Assembly (NCBI GenBank): GCA_013265495.1
Contig: MU058290.1
Coordinates: 1-64,000, forward strand
Direction of reading: 5' to 3'
Source: Vicugna vicugna
Lineage: Eukaryota
Length of the DNA: 64,000 nt
The translations under genes were made by a program, and so were the position numbers. The notes under the pieces are model-generated. The model ran no database searches. It was given only the letters and a program-made list of their open reading frames with translations, and had not been told where the DNA came from. Shown in pieces: positions 11,185 through 23,522 of this stretch. How positions within the stretch are numbered: position 1 is the first letter of the stretch; each line of letters starts with the position of its first letter.

Positions 11185-12385
11185 CTATGTTGCTCTGAAA
11201 TAAATAGCCTGCCAGATTTTTCTCCAGCAAAGATGGGTTTGTTTGAGATCCACAAAGAATTGCAATTCAGGGCCTGCAACTAAGCAGATAGGGAAATCTG
11301 TAAAAGATTTTGCAGCAAAGGCAGAGGGACAAAGTAAAAAAGCTGCTTTCTTTCTCAAAAGAGGAAAAGAAAGGAAAGTGCTCCATCAGGAAGAAGGGAA
11401 GGAAAATACTCAAGTGGTGAGCTGTCAGCCAAGTTGGCCAGTAGAGACAGCTAGGGCCCAGGTTGGGCCATGTGGATTTTCATGGGAAGCTTCTGCCATC
11501 ACAAGGTGTGATTCCATCCAGGTGTGATGGAATCATTCAGCTCTTGTATGGGCTTTTCCAGTGGTTGTGATGGCAATCATCAACTGTCATGGCACTGGTG
11601 GATGTGTCATTTAGTGAGCTAATACATTTCAATGAGCATATAATGAGACTCAAGTTCCACTGGAAGTCAAATTCTCTGCCATTTTGGGCTCCCTGGGTTC
11701 TAACAAGATCTTGTTTCTTCTCTTTGCAGCTACCTCCAGAGTCTCAGAAAAGGGAAATTGGTTTCTATTCAAGGGAAGGGCAGGGGTATGGTCTTAGAGG
11801 CAACAGCCTTAAAAACAGAAAGGAAAGTTGCTTTTAACCAGAATGCCTACCATCTGGTGGACCCAACATCCTCCCAAAAAGCCATCTCTGAAAATTCTTT
11901 TTAGTCATGAAAATTTGAAAAGGAAATGAGTGAGTAATCTCAGTTAATCGTTGAGAAAGTTGGTCAGAGACGTTGCCATCCCCCAATGCCTGCAGGCTTG
12001 TCCTTATCAACTGCTTAAGCCTGCTCTTCTGTGACTCAGGGAGGCCTGGGAGACTTTTCTATAAGTAAAAGGCAGGAGTTTGGGGGTTGGGTACAGTGTC
12101 CTTCTCAGTATCACAACCGTGGAGAGCCATGCACAAGTCCCTGCACAGCAAGGGAAGGAGAGTGACTGCTTTAATAGAGAGGAAAAGGAAGTTGAGTGGG
12201 TTGTACTAAAAGAAGAGTCCATGGTTTTCATTGGCTGAGTCCTTACCAGGAAAGAACGTCTTCCTATCGGGCTCTGCTATGGTCATAGGGTGTAAGAGCT
12301 CCCCCTTCTGGTCTTCCAACTCAATTTAAATGAGGTTTCTGTTTGTTAATTTTTTACAACTAATTGCATTTAAATTTGTTTTCTT
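11185..12385 (-). mobile_element. Stack of LTR fragments
   Basis: GATTTTTCTCCAGCAAAGATGGGTTTGTTTGAGATC..AAAGAATTGCAATT is the reverse complement of the LTR end at about 21855-21910. Further LTR-like blocks follow. Confidence 0.55.
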
Positions 12386-12387
12386 CC

Positions 12388-12678
12388 AAGCAGACTCATA
12401 GACATAGAATACAAACTTGTGGTCGCCAACGGGCCGGGGGTCGGGGAGGCGGTGGGAAGGGACAGACTGGGATTTCAAAATGTAGACTAGATAAACAAGA
12501 TTATACTGTATAGCACATTGAAATACATACAAGATCTTATCGTAGCTCACAGCATAAAAAAAAAGTGACGATGAATATATATATATGTTCATGTATAACT
12601 GAAAAATTGTGCTCTACACTGGAATTTGACACAACATTGTAAAATGACTATAACTCCATTAAAAAATGTTAAAAAAAT
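12388..12678 (+). mobile_element. Young 5'-truncated camelid L1 3' end
   Basis: CAGACTCATAGACATAGAATACAAACTTGTGG...CTGAAAAATTGTGCTCTACACTGGAATTTGACACAACATTGTAAAATGACTATAACTC followed by an A-rich tail. The same 3' end occurs at 31814 and 49635. Confidence 0.85.
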
Positions 12679-12779
12679 TTATTTTCTTCCTATACACTTT
12701 TAACCACCATCTTTTAACTCTTTAATGAAAGCAACTTTTAAAGAGTTTTTTTAATGAGGTATTTCTGAATACTTACTGT

Positions 12780-15700
12780 AGGAGAGCTGAATAGATCATC
12801 CTAAAATATGACTATAAGAACCAGAATATGTGACCCCAAAATATGTCACTACATTTTGAAGTATAGTTTATCAAGTGAGAAAAGTAATCAGTATTTCCCA
12901 TATGTCAATTGATCATTCATGAAGAATTGATACAGGAAGAAATGGGGTACAGGGCGATGGCTGTGTCCCATGTCTCAGTTGAGTCCCTGGGTTTTACCCC
13001 GCTGAGTGAGAGTTCTTGGCTTTGCGAGCCAAGTGAGTCATAGTAGAGTGAAAGCAGATTTCTTCAGAGAGACAGAGTGCAGGCTGTCTCATAAAGCAAG
13101 AGAAAGGCCCAGGAGATACACATTGCATAGGCAGAATGGGGCCCATGTTACTCAGAAGGGAGAATGGCCGACTCAGAGCATGGGACTGGCTCGGAAAAAT
13201 GAGATAGGTCACAAGGTGTAGGGGTTGTTAGTTTTTCTGGGCTCAGTAACTTCATATGCTAACAAGTGGGAGGATTATTCCAACTACTTTGGGGAAGGGG
13301 CTGGGAGTCCCAAGAACTGGGCCACCACCCACTTTTTGACCTTTTATGCTCAGCCTTGAAACTATCATGGCACCTGTGGGAGTTCCATTTAGCAGCTATT
13401 GTATTTCAACTGAAGGAGAATTAATAAAATGGCCGCACTTAGGCTAACAGATTGCTTATTCTTATGCTTGCCCTTAAAATGGTCAACTGACCGGTTGGTA
13501 CTCACAGTCCTAGGCCCATTGTTAAAACTAAAGCTATTGATCTTACTGTTTCTACTTTATTCCAGTAATTGAAAATAATAATCAGCTTGATCTCTGAGTC
13601 CTTCTCCAAGGAAAGGTCAGAGGACTGTAACCTTACAAAATAGCCTGAATTACAAAAAAGACCACACCTTGAGTGCTTACGATATAAAGAGATCTAACCA
13701 CTGGCCTCTAGAGAATTGGTCACCTGGAGGCATCATGTTCCCGTTCTAAGTCTTCTGTTGAGAAAATGATTCTGTTGATTGTTATCAGTGCTTTATTGTT
13801 TGAGCTATGGCTGTATAACCACCCTACCCCATCTCCAAAGTGGGTTCACAGTTTTGAAGGCACTAGCCTGCTGTGAGTCCCCTTTGCCCAGCAAAGCAAT
13901 AAAATTGCCTCTTTTCTTCTAAGCTCCAAGACCTTGTCTCTGGGTTATTTGGCTTGTCAGGGATGGGGGCCGATCTTTCAGCAACACAATGACCATATAT
14001 TGAAGCTCAAGGTCTACTGGGAATTAAATCTTCCACCATCTTGGTGCTAATTGTTCTGTCATTGTTTTAATGATTGTGCCCTGCCCACATTCCTCCTGTC
14101 TAAGAACTACTGGTTTAACACTAATCTCTTGTGAGTTTGGTTGGTATAGGTCATCATCTCCCAGGTATCTGCTCATCCCCTGGTGCACTGAAATACTGCA
14201 AAGCTGAGGAGATGCCTTTGGAACATGATGACCAACCTACATTCACTGCTACTTGTTGAGGTCAGTGTTCTAGGAAGGTGTTTTGGGGTAGGAAAATTTT
14301 TCCCTTTTCCCCTTCTAGGTTATTTGGCTGGTCTAATAATTAAACTGATATGACAGATTGACAGGGCAGAAACAAACAGAAGTTTAATACCATGTATAAT
14401 ACATGGCAGAGACCCAGGAAAACTGAGTAACTCACTACAATGGCAGCGAATGCCATCACCTTAAATATGGTCCTGAGCTAAAAGGAGATGTTGGGGGTGG
14501 GGAATCAATGGGAGGTGACCAGGAAAAGCACAGCACACAAGGATAAATTTGTTTTGCTGATTGATCATGGTCTTCTCCACCTTTAAGTTTCCAGAGAAGG
14601 TATCATCCTCCTCTTCCTAGTACAATAGGAAGACACCCTTACAAATGGAGATTCCTCTTTCACATGTAAATGTCTCTTGCAAAAGGGTAACTTCTATTTG
14701 GTTTTCAGAGCTCCTCCAATACGAGTTGTTTCTTTAAAAAATAACCAGCCTAAAATAATCCTTATGCTGAAGAGACACATTTTGGGATGGAAAATCCTGC
14801 TCCCTTCCAGTGTGCAGTCACCTAATTTAAAATGTTGATAGCTTTTAGACAGGAAGGAAGGGCAGGGCATGGCCGTTAAAGAAATGACACAGCAGTTAGC
14901 ACCAAGATGGCAGAAAAGTCAACTCCCAATAGACTTTGAGGACCAAGAAGATGGGAGACTTGACTTCCAGTAGAACCTGAGCTTCATTATATGCTCAGCA
15001 TGGTAAGTGGCACCAGGAGAGTTCCGAGGCTAACCAGGAAAGGTCAAAGAGAGGGCAGTGGCCCAATTCTTGGGAATCCCTGCCCCTTCCCCAAAGTAGT
15101 TGGAATAATCTTCCCACTTGTTAGCATCTTAAATAACCGAGTACATAAAAACTAGCAACACTCTCCCTTCCTTGCCTTCTGAGATGGCCAGCATTCTGTC
15201 CATGGAGTGGGTATTTCTCTGAATAAATCTACCTTTACTCAGATAAGGCTTGCTCTAGAACTCTTTCCTGTGTGAAGCCAAGGATCCTCACTTGGCAGGG
15301 TGCATCCCAGGGAATCAATGGAGACCTGGGACACCACATCCTCTCATGTCCCGTTTTCCAATATCACTTTGGTCAGCTTCCTAATTGTTTCAGGGCTGAA
15401 GTCATTCAATAATGTGGGAGACTGAAGAACACAAGGTCCTTTAATGTTCAGTGTTTCTCCTCTACATAACTTATCCAAGGCAAAATTATATGATGTGAAC
15501 ATTTCCCCTACTCTGTGTCTCTATCCCCAAGTTAGCAAACAGGATTTCGTGGTTCCTAGTTACTTGTGTTCTCAACATTTCTTTCTCGAATTTGCTTACT
15601 CTTCCTTCCAACAAAATTTAAATCTTAAGCCCCATTGTTAAGGAGAATTTTATTTAAAAATCCTCTAACCCTACACTTTATCTCTGCTGAGTGAAAATGG

Positions 15701-16700
15701 TTATTATCAGATAAACTCATTGTGCTCATATCTTCTACCTAATACATTATTCATCAGAAAACATAATGTCTTAACCCACCTTTATTTATATATATATATA
15801 ATTTTTTAAAGAATCGTGTTATGCTTCGTGGATAAAACTGAGAACTTAAGCCCAGAAGACAGCTTCTCAGAGAGCCCTGAGGGACTGCTCCAAAGAGGTA
15901 AAGGAGGAGCCAGATAATACGGGAGTTTTGTAACAAAAACCAGGTAGTCAGAACATCAAAAGATTACTGTTAATTAAAGAGAACAAAACATCTCAAGTTA
16001 ATAAATTTAGTGCTTTTCTATGTATGGGAAGATGCAAGAGATTGGGCTGATTGAAATCAGTCCTTTGATAAGCACCTTAACTGTCTAGGGCCAGTATCCT
16101 GCTTTTATCCATCCTGAATCCCCTCAGGGGGCACCTTTGGTGGTGGCCTCAGTGGCTGATGGCTTGTTGGCATCACAATCATTGTTACTGATTTGGCAGG
16201 CAATATTTTTCATCCACAGTGCCTCCCCTTGGTCATAAACTTGCCCAAAGTTTGGGAGGTTCTCCATGACCAAATTTGCCCCTCAGTACTTGGAAGGCTC
16301 ATTCGTAGACCAGGTAAACATCCTGTTAATAGAACACTCACTTTGCTGATCTTTTTTGATTAGACCCTGTTGATAATCTAAAAAAATCTCTAGATCACCT
16401 CCTTTACTAGTCTATTATGATCCAGGAACTGTTTTCTCCTGTTGATTCTTCCCATAACTAGAGTCGAACTAGTATAATTATTCTTTTGTATGTGTGTGTA
16501 TCGGGGGGAGGTAAGTTTATTTACTTATTTACATTTTTTGCAGGAAATACTGGGGATTGAACTCAGAACCTCAAGCATGGTAAGCATGTGCTCTACCATT
16601 TTGCACTAAACCCTCCTCCACTACAATTAATTACTCTATGTAGAGTTATAAATGTGATCTATTGCATCTTAGAGACATTCTTAATGAATATCAGAGAGGA
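12780..16700. mobile_element. Cluster of nested or adjacent LTR and ERV fragments (about 12957-14100 with nested 13410-13986; 14290-14810; 14832-15366; 15820-16218 plus internal sequence)
   Basis: Multiple TG...CA blocks with TATA and AATAAA motifs. 15820-16218 is the reverse complement of the LTR at about 20785-21235. Confidence 0.6.
16503..16620 (-). mobile_element. Vic-1-type SINE
   Basis: TACTGGGGATTGAACTCAGAACCTCAAGCATGGTAAGCATGTGCTCTACCA. Confidence 0.85.
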
Positions 16701-17330
16701 GATGATTGATAGGCACTTGCCATGTTTGTTTTGTCAAAATCAAAATTGAAATACCAAGTCAAAGGTTGAGAAAGGAAGAAAATCAGTGTTGAGTGAGCAC
16801 CTGCTATGACTCAGGAACATGCCACATATTTTATACTTAGTCAGCTCTGCCCACACCCACCAGTCTGGATGGAATTCAGTCACTGCAATCAACCCTTAGG
16901 TCACAACTTTTCCCCAGTTTAGCACATAAACAGTCATACTTTCATCAGACACATAAGTCTATCACACATCTTTGACACACGCATATAACACACCTTAAGT
17001 CTACACGCAGCACATCCAAGCATAAACTCTATCACACACAACGTAACACCTTCACTAATCACACAGCACATACTCTGCACACATAACATAGAAATTTCCA
17101 CACACATTGGGATGATACAATTTATTTAGAAAAGGGAAGATCATTTAGCTTGGGAAGGCATGAAGAGAGTCAGTATCAGGAGAATTTCCGCATTAGTCAA
17201 AAAGTGGTGTCATGTGAGCTGAATCTTTTTTTAAAATGTGGCAGTAAATCAGGTAAATAAGGATGGAAGGGTATTCCAGGCAGAGGAATAACATAGGAAA
17301 AGTTCTGATAGCAAGAAACAAAGTGAAACA

Positions 17331-17836
17331 TGTTGGAGGACCTGGTGAGCTGGTGCGTTTGCAGTAAAAGAATTTACCAAGGACTATGAGGCGTTAAGAA
17401 CAAAGGGAAAGTTGAATAGATATACTGCTACAGGCAACAGCGGGCCACACAGATGAGAGGTGCCTGAGTGAGCACCGAGGCTGAATGTGCAGGGTCTTTC
17501 ACTGGGGAGAAGGGGGCTGTGAACACAAGGAGTAGGGGCTGCATGATCATTTCATGCACAGGTACCTGACTGGTTGTGAGATCTGTCGGAAGCTACTCTG
17601 AATAATAAGATGTACAACTCTGATAAGGGCAGGAGATGGGCTATGTCCTGGGGTGCTTAGTTTTCGTAGGGTAAAAACATGTATCAGGAGGAGATGTTTT
17701 TATCCTGCTGAAATGCAGGTATGCGAAGGGTCCTGCAGTTGGGAGTGGGGGTTAAGGTGTCAGTCGGCTCCAGGAACATGGAGAACCCAAGAGCGGGGGT
17801 TTTTATGAACTTTCGAGAGCGCCAGCTGGCTCCACA
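17331..17836. mobile_element. Solo LTR with 5-bp TSD, 120 bp downstream of the EDDM3 stop codon
   Basis: TGTTGG...TCCACA flanked by AAACA (17326-17330 and 17837-17841). A related copy at about 23052-23522 shares GTAAAAGAATTTACCA and GGGCCACACAGATGAGAGGTGCCTG. Confidence 0.8.
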
Positions 17837-17955
17837 AAACATAACTCGAAGTAGTTGGAAAATATTGGCAGACAAATGCAAGGGCTATTGAGGGAGGCAG
17901 AGGACACCACTTGGGAAGCACTGAACACTCAAAGCTGCGGATGTGGGTAGAATTT

Positions 17956-18396
17956 TTAGTTGCTGACATCCTCTAACAGCCACGTGTCCTCTATACTATC
18001 AACATAACCATTCATGCTACAGTGGAATTCAATGTAGCTGTAGCTCTTGTAATCTTTGTAGTTATTTTTGTTATTCTCCCGGTAGCACTTCAGCGTTTTG
18101 AAGGGATATTGGGACCATATGTAGACATTTCGGTAGCGACCTCTCCAGTTCCTGCGGCATACGTTCTCAATTTTGTGCCATAAGGTATAGATGAAGATGT
18201 GGTAGTTCTTGTCTTTGGGAACATCTCTTTCCCTCATAAGATCGTTGCATTTGTACTTCCTGAATTCCCAGTTTGTGTTCAGGTGGTGCTGTTTCATGAA
18301 TTCCCTCCAGGAGAGGTTCTTGCTGTGTACAAAGAGCCCACATAGGGGGAACAGCAGGGCCAAGAGAGGGCCCAGGACCTTTAGAGCAGATGCCAT
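17956..18396 (-). CDS. EDDM3B: Epididymal secretory protein E3 (EDDM3B-like), 146 aa
   Basis: MASALKVLG signal peptide, SWREFMKQH, YKCNDLM and YIEFHCSMNGYVDSIED match human EDDM3B as recalled. Acceptor ...GGACACACAG|GTGGCC (exon begins 18414). Synteny between RNASE6 and RNASE4. Confidence 0.92.
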   Translation of the reverse strand: MASALKVLGPLLALLFPLCGLFVHSKNLSWREFMKQHHLNTNWEFRKYKCNDLMRERDVPKDKNYHIFIYTLWHKIENVCRRNWRGRYRNVYIWSQYPFKTLKCYRENNKNNYKDYKSYSYIEFHCSMNGYVDSIEDTWLLEDVSN

Positions 18397-19482
18397 TTCA
18401 GTCACCAGGGCCACCTGTGTGTCCACAGGGAAGAGAGAGGAAAGCATTATCTCAACACTGCCCTAAGAGCTGAACTCTACTTAAAATTCTTTTCCCTGTC
18501 AATGTAGGTACTGGGACCCAATTTTGCCATCTGATTCCCAGGCTAGAAGATGGTAAGTCTCATTAGAAAATAAAGTTTGTAAGAACTGAAAGTGTGCTAG
18601 AGCCTGAGTAAGACAAACACAAAGTTGTAAAAAATAATAATCATAGATAATATCTATTTTGAGAATTCCAAGCATCTCCTCCCTGCCCTCTCTTCAACAT
18701 GAACTGAGAACCCAATCACCCTCTAGCTAGCTGTTTTGAAGTCCAGATCAATTCTCAGAAGGGCATGTGTCCTAAAGAAAATGATCTTTTAAGCTTTATG
18801 TCTGTGACATGGAAAGGGCTGTCTCCTTTTAAGGGGACACAGAAGATGAGTAGAGACTTGGGAGATGTTTTCCAGCAGAAAGGCTTTCGTTCCCTGAAAT
18901 CCTAGGCTGCAAATACACTGACTCAGCAAGATGGTGCTTACGGGGTCTCGACTGCCTTCTAACACTTCCCCAAAGCCTGTGTGAAACACACCATCACTTC
19001 TGACGACCCATGTCCCTTCTCAGAGGCCATATCCCCAATTATCATCATCATAAATGGTCTTAATTTGTTGTTAAGAATGTCATCATAAAGGAATTCCAGT
19101 TATGAAATATTGTTCTAATCAATCAAGGACCAAGATTGAAACCGTCCTCATAGACTTACTCTCCTGTAAATTAGGGCGTAGACATAGTTGAAAAAGTCTC
19201 CCTTTAAACCAGCTCTCTGCCCTCACTTACCATGAGCAGTGTACCTGGCCCTATGGAATCTCCAACCTGATTCTCAGCTCTCTAAGGGTGTGTCCTCAAA
19301 TAAGCCTAATAAAGGCTTCCTCACAGATCTGTGAGAGTCTAGTAAGATACATGCATTGAGAACATTTCTGAGAATGTCAAGTACTACATCAGGCCCAGAA
19401 GGAGGGGGGTAGGCACTTTCTCATTTGTGACACAAAGGGGCCAAGCAGGATGAGAAGACCAGGATTCAGGCTCTTTCAATGT

Positions 19483-19703
19483 ACAGTCAGCTCTCCGTAT
19501 CCACCTGTTCTGCAGCCAGGGACTCAACCAGCCACAGCCGCAGATCAAAAATGTTCCAAAAACAGCCACGAAGTTCCAAAAAGTAAACCTTGAATTTACT
19601 GTGAGCTGGCAACTATTTACGTAGCATTGACATTGCATTTATAAAACATTTGTATTAGGTATTATAAGTAATGAAACAATGATTTACAGTATACAGGAGG
19701 ATA
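19483..19703 (-). mobile_element. MER2-like (TcMar-Tigger) partial element
   Basis: CAGTCAGCTCTCCGTATCC...TTGTATTAGGTATTATAAGTAAT...GATTTACAGTATACAGGAGGAT. Homologous to 37398-37707. Confidence 0.7.
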
Positions 19704-20599
19704 CAAGGGAAGATGGTACTATTCTCAGGAAGATCAGAGAGGAAGTAGGGAGGGGCAGGGAGAAGAGCAGGGGAAGGCTGCTAGGACTGTTTCAGTGAGA
19801 TCAATGCTAGGTTGAATCCAGGTCTTTGCTTCTTACCAGTTGGATCACTGTCCATTCTTAACTCCACCATCTAGAAGTCCAGTCAAGCCCCTTGCAGTGT
19901 TCCCGGGCCTTTCCCTTTAAGAATCCTCAGCACCCACCCTTCTAACCGTAACTCACCTTATTTAGATCCAACAATCCAGTCACTGGTGGTAGTGGGGATC
20001 AGTATGCGGATCTGAAGAGAAGAGAGTCTGTGTCTTTCCCTTTTCCTTAGCACCAAGACGCCTGCAGCAGTGAAGGAAGGACTAGCAGCGGGAGGTGCAG
20101 CACTCCAGTGGATTGGCAGTGCTGTGGCGGTGGGAGGAGGGGACAGCCTTACTAAGAGAACCAGTTCCCATATCTTCTCATCTAGAACACTTGGGTTCAT
20201 TCTGAGAATAGCCTGGAGCAAAAGTGTCAAACATCAAAGACTGATTTGCAGGCACAAAGGAATTGCAAGGCCCCGGATAACCCCAGAGAGGGGTTATCTA
20301 GAGTTGTCAGAAGACAACCAGAGAGCTGGCTCCAAAACTCATTTCCCAGCAAACTTCTAGGGGAAAGTCCCTGTAAGGCTAAGCTACGTTCCAATGGAAA
20401 CCTGAGTGAGGAAAACCACATCTGGAGTTGTAAACTGTGGGACTTCCATTGAGAAGTGAAACAGTATCTAGTCAGGGGTGCAATTTGCAGATAAAGTGAG
20501 ATTCTCGAATGTGTTTTCTATCAACATATTTCTCCAAGGACTGTTCCTGGCTAAGCCACCTTGATTGGATTTCTCACTGGGCCACCTTGTTATCAGAAT

Positions 20600-22040
20600 G
20601 TCATGAAAGGTAACAGATTATGCCACCCCAAGATATGCCTCTCTCAGGGAGCATAATTTGCTTCCTCAAAATGTATATTTTTGGCATGTTGGATTATTTT
20701 GAACTGAAAAGAATCAAGGCCCAAAAGACTCAGGAAGAACTTTTGACCTTCCTTCTAACTGCCTAAAACAATTGTGGGCAAAGAATGTCACCTGCCATTT
20801 CAGTCAACAAAGGATGTTGTGGCCACCAAGCCAGCAGCCATTGCAGCCACCCCAAATGGTGCCCCCTGTGGGGAACTCAGGGTGGAGAGAAACAGAACGT
20901 CGGCCCTAGATAGATAAGGTGCGTATCACGGGAATGGTTTTAATAATCTTAGACTCCTGCATCTTCCTACATGTAAAAAAGTGCCAAATTTGTTAACTTG
21001 AGATGTGTGGTTTTTCTTTCATTAACAGTAATCTTGCGATGTTCCAACTATTGGGTTGTTTTGGGGTTTTTTTTGCAAAAACTCCTATATATCCTGGCTC
21101 CTCCCTTACCTCTTCAGGACAGTCCCTCAGAGTTGTCTGAGAGGCTGTCTCCCAAGCTTAAATACCCAGTAGGTCCAAAGAATAAAACATAATTTTCAAC
21201 CTTTAGGTTGTGCTTTTTTTTTTTTCCAGTCAGCAGAATGTTCCAGGAAGAGAGCTATTACCATGGATAATTATAGTATAATATGAACTAGGTATAGCAG
21301 ACAGGGAAGCAAAGTCTGTTAAAATTACTCTCTGTCCCATTGTCTCTGCAAGGCTCAGCAAATATTTGATTACCAAACATTTGCTCCTTTGATCTTCTGA
21401 TGAATTGCCTTACTTTCCTTTGCAACATCCTCTTTGTCTATAGCCGAGGATGGTATTTAAAGTGGCTGCTTGAGCCATTTTGGAGAGTTTCACTGTTTTC
21501 CTTGGTATCTTCCATGCCTATAGGAGATACACATGTTGTTAAGCTTCTGTGTGTCTTTTGTAAAAAAAGAAAAAAGAAAAGAAAGAAAAAGAAAAAATAT
21601 ATTAAATAGAAATCTTAATTAAATACTCAGGAGACCAGAAAGGGGAGCACTCATGCTCTACAAGCACAGCAGAGCCCAACAGGAAGAAGAAAGACTTCCT
21701 CTCCTTTGCTGGCTCAGACAATGAGAGGCTGTCACCACTCAGCCAATGGAAAGCCATGCACAGTCTTACTATAGCCCACCCAGCTTCCTTTGTCCCTCTA
21801 TAAATGAGGTCTCCTCTGCATTGTTGCTGGGGACTTGCACTATGGCTGCAGACCCCAAATTGCAATTCTTCGCTGATCCCAAATACATCCATTTTTCTGC
21901 TGGAGAAATAACTAGCAGTCTGTTTGTCTAACTTAGGTCAACATTTTCTCTTGTTAATCTGTTTTTCTATTACAAGGGAATCTCAGCCGGGTCTCAGAAC
22001 CTAGAAGTGTAGAGGGAAAGTGACTTTTCCTGTCCTATAG
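20600..22040 (+). mobile_element. Nested LTR stack upstream of EDDM3
   Basis: GATTATGCCACCCCAAGATATGCCTCT LTR start, with nested LTRs at about 20785-21235 and 21560-21945 and several AATAAA-like ends. Confidence 0.6.
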
Positions 22041-23051
22041 GCAGAATGTCTACTTTATATCCAGAACTTATCTTTAAAGCGTGCTAGTAGCAATGCCATC
22101 CTGTTTTATAGTCACCTGATCTTCTCTTTGAATGGGAAATATGTTATCGGGATTAGATGGGGACCTGTTGGCATGTATAGGGATGTGTTGGTATTTACAG
22201 AAATTCTGGTGCACTTTAAACCCTAGCGCATGTCAAATATTCCTTAAATAACAGAGAATCATGTGCTGATAGACTGGATGGGGGTTGTCTCAGAGGACAC
22301 TCTGTACATCCGCCTACTCTCTATCCTTTGGGTGAAGAAGGAGAATAAGAAGGTAGAAACTCTGGGCACCCGGGTTTGAAGGACTTGAGAGATGAGTCTG
22401 AGAAAACATGAGGTGGTCATGATGGGTCCATATAGCTGGAGCCCTTCCCAGCAAGTTCATGTTCTCTCCTGAACTTAAACCAAGTAGTGACTCAATAAAT
22501 GTACAGGTAGGAGGGAGACACTACTAGGGTTAAAGTGTGAAAGAGCTAAGAAAGAGCTCCGTAGCTTTCCAAGGCGTCCTTATGGCATATTACAGACCAT
22601 CAGTGAGTAATTGAGAAAATTATAAGAAACTGTGCCAGTGAAAGTAATTTTTTAAAGGATAAACTGTTATGCTGATATCAATTGTTGATAATATTATTAT
22701 ATGGTTGATCTACTCCAGTCTTTTCCGGTGTCAACTTGTTCCTCCTGTGTTTCTCAAATAAGTGTCATAATCTATTTTCAATATAGGGAAAAAAATTATC
22801 ATGAACCCAAAGCATCCATCCATGAACTCTACTATAAACTAAGCTAAAAGTTCGAAGGCCTCTCTGATAGAAGGCCATTTGGGAAGCAACCTAAATTTAA
22901 TTGTGGCAGTTGTACCCCCTTTATATCTGCAGAAATGAGCAGCCACCAAAGCAGCCCAGGAAGGTAAGTTACTCAGTGTTTCTGGAAGTGGTTTATTGGG
23001 TCTGTTTCCTAGAACTCTGTCTACCCCCTTTTAAAACAAACTGCTTGGGTC

Positions 23052-23522
23052 ATGTTGTGGGACACAGGTGGGCGGATTGGTGGGCTGGTGAGCTGATGAC
23101 ACACGGGTTGGTAAAAGAATTTACCAGAGATAAAGAAAGAGAATAGTAAAGGAGTTATTAGGCTGAGCTGCCATAGCCAAGAGTGGGCCACACAGATGAG
23201 AGGTGCCTGTGTGAGCGCCAAGGGCTGGCTGTGGGGGTCTTTTGTAAGGCAGGACCACAAGGTGCCTGATCTGCTTGTGCACAAGTCTCTGATTGGTTGT
23301 AGGTGAGGTAAGAAGTTTAGGGCAGGGGGGTTTATGACTCTGATAAGGTGGGCTGAAACAGGCCAGCCTGAGCTACTGCGAGATTAGGCGTTACCTAGTT
23401 ACTTTGTTAGGGGAAACGTGCCCTGTAAAGAACGTACTTCACCTGTTGAGGGATCACAGCAGACATCTGAGAGCCCAGGAATGGGGGTCGTTGGGCTTTG
23501 CAGGATGTCAGTTGGTCGCACA
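23052..23522. mobile_element. Solo LTR related to 17331-17836
   Basis: Shared internal motifs; TGTTG...CGCACA termini. Confidence 0.65.

Noticed and set aside
16860..17105. CA-rich quasi-periodic stretch as a repeat array or CRISPR-like feature
   Set aside because: Degenerate low-complexity (CA)n sequence with no fixed repeat-spacer structure, in a eukaryotic context.
19150..20030. EDDM3 non-coding first exon
   Set aside because: Several equally plausible donors (about 19160, 19230 and 19956); cannot choose without transcript data.
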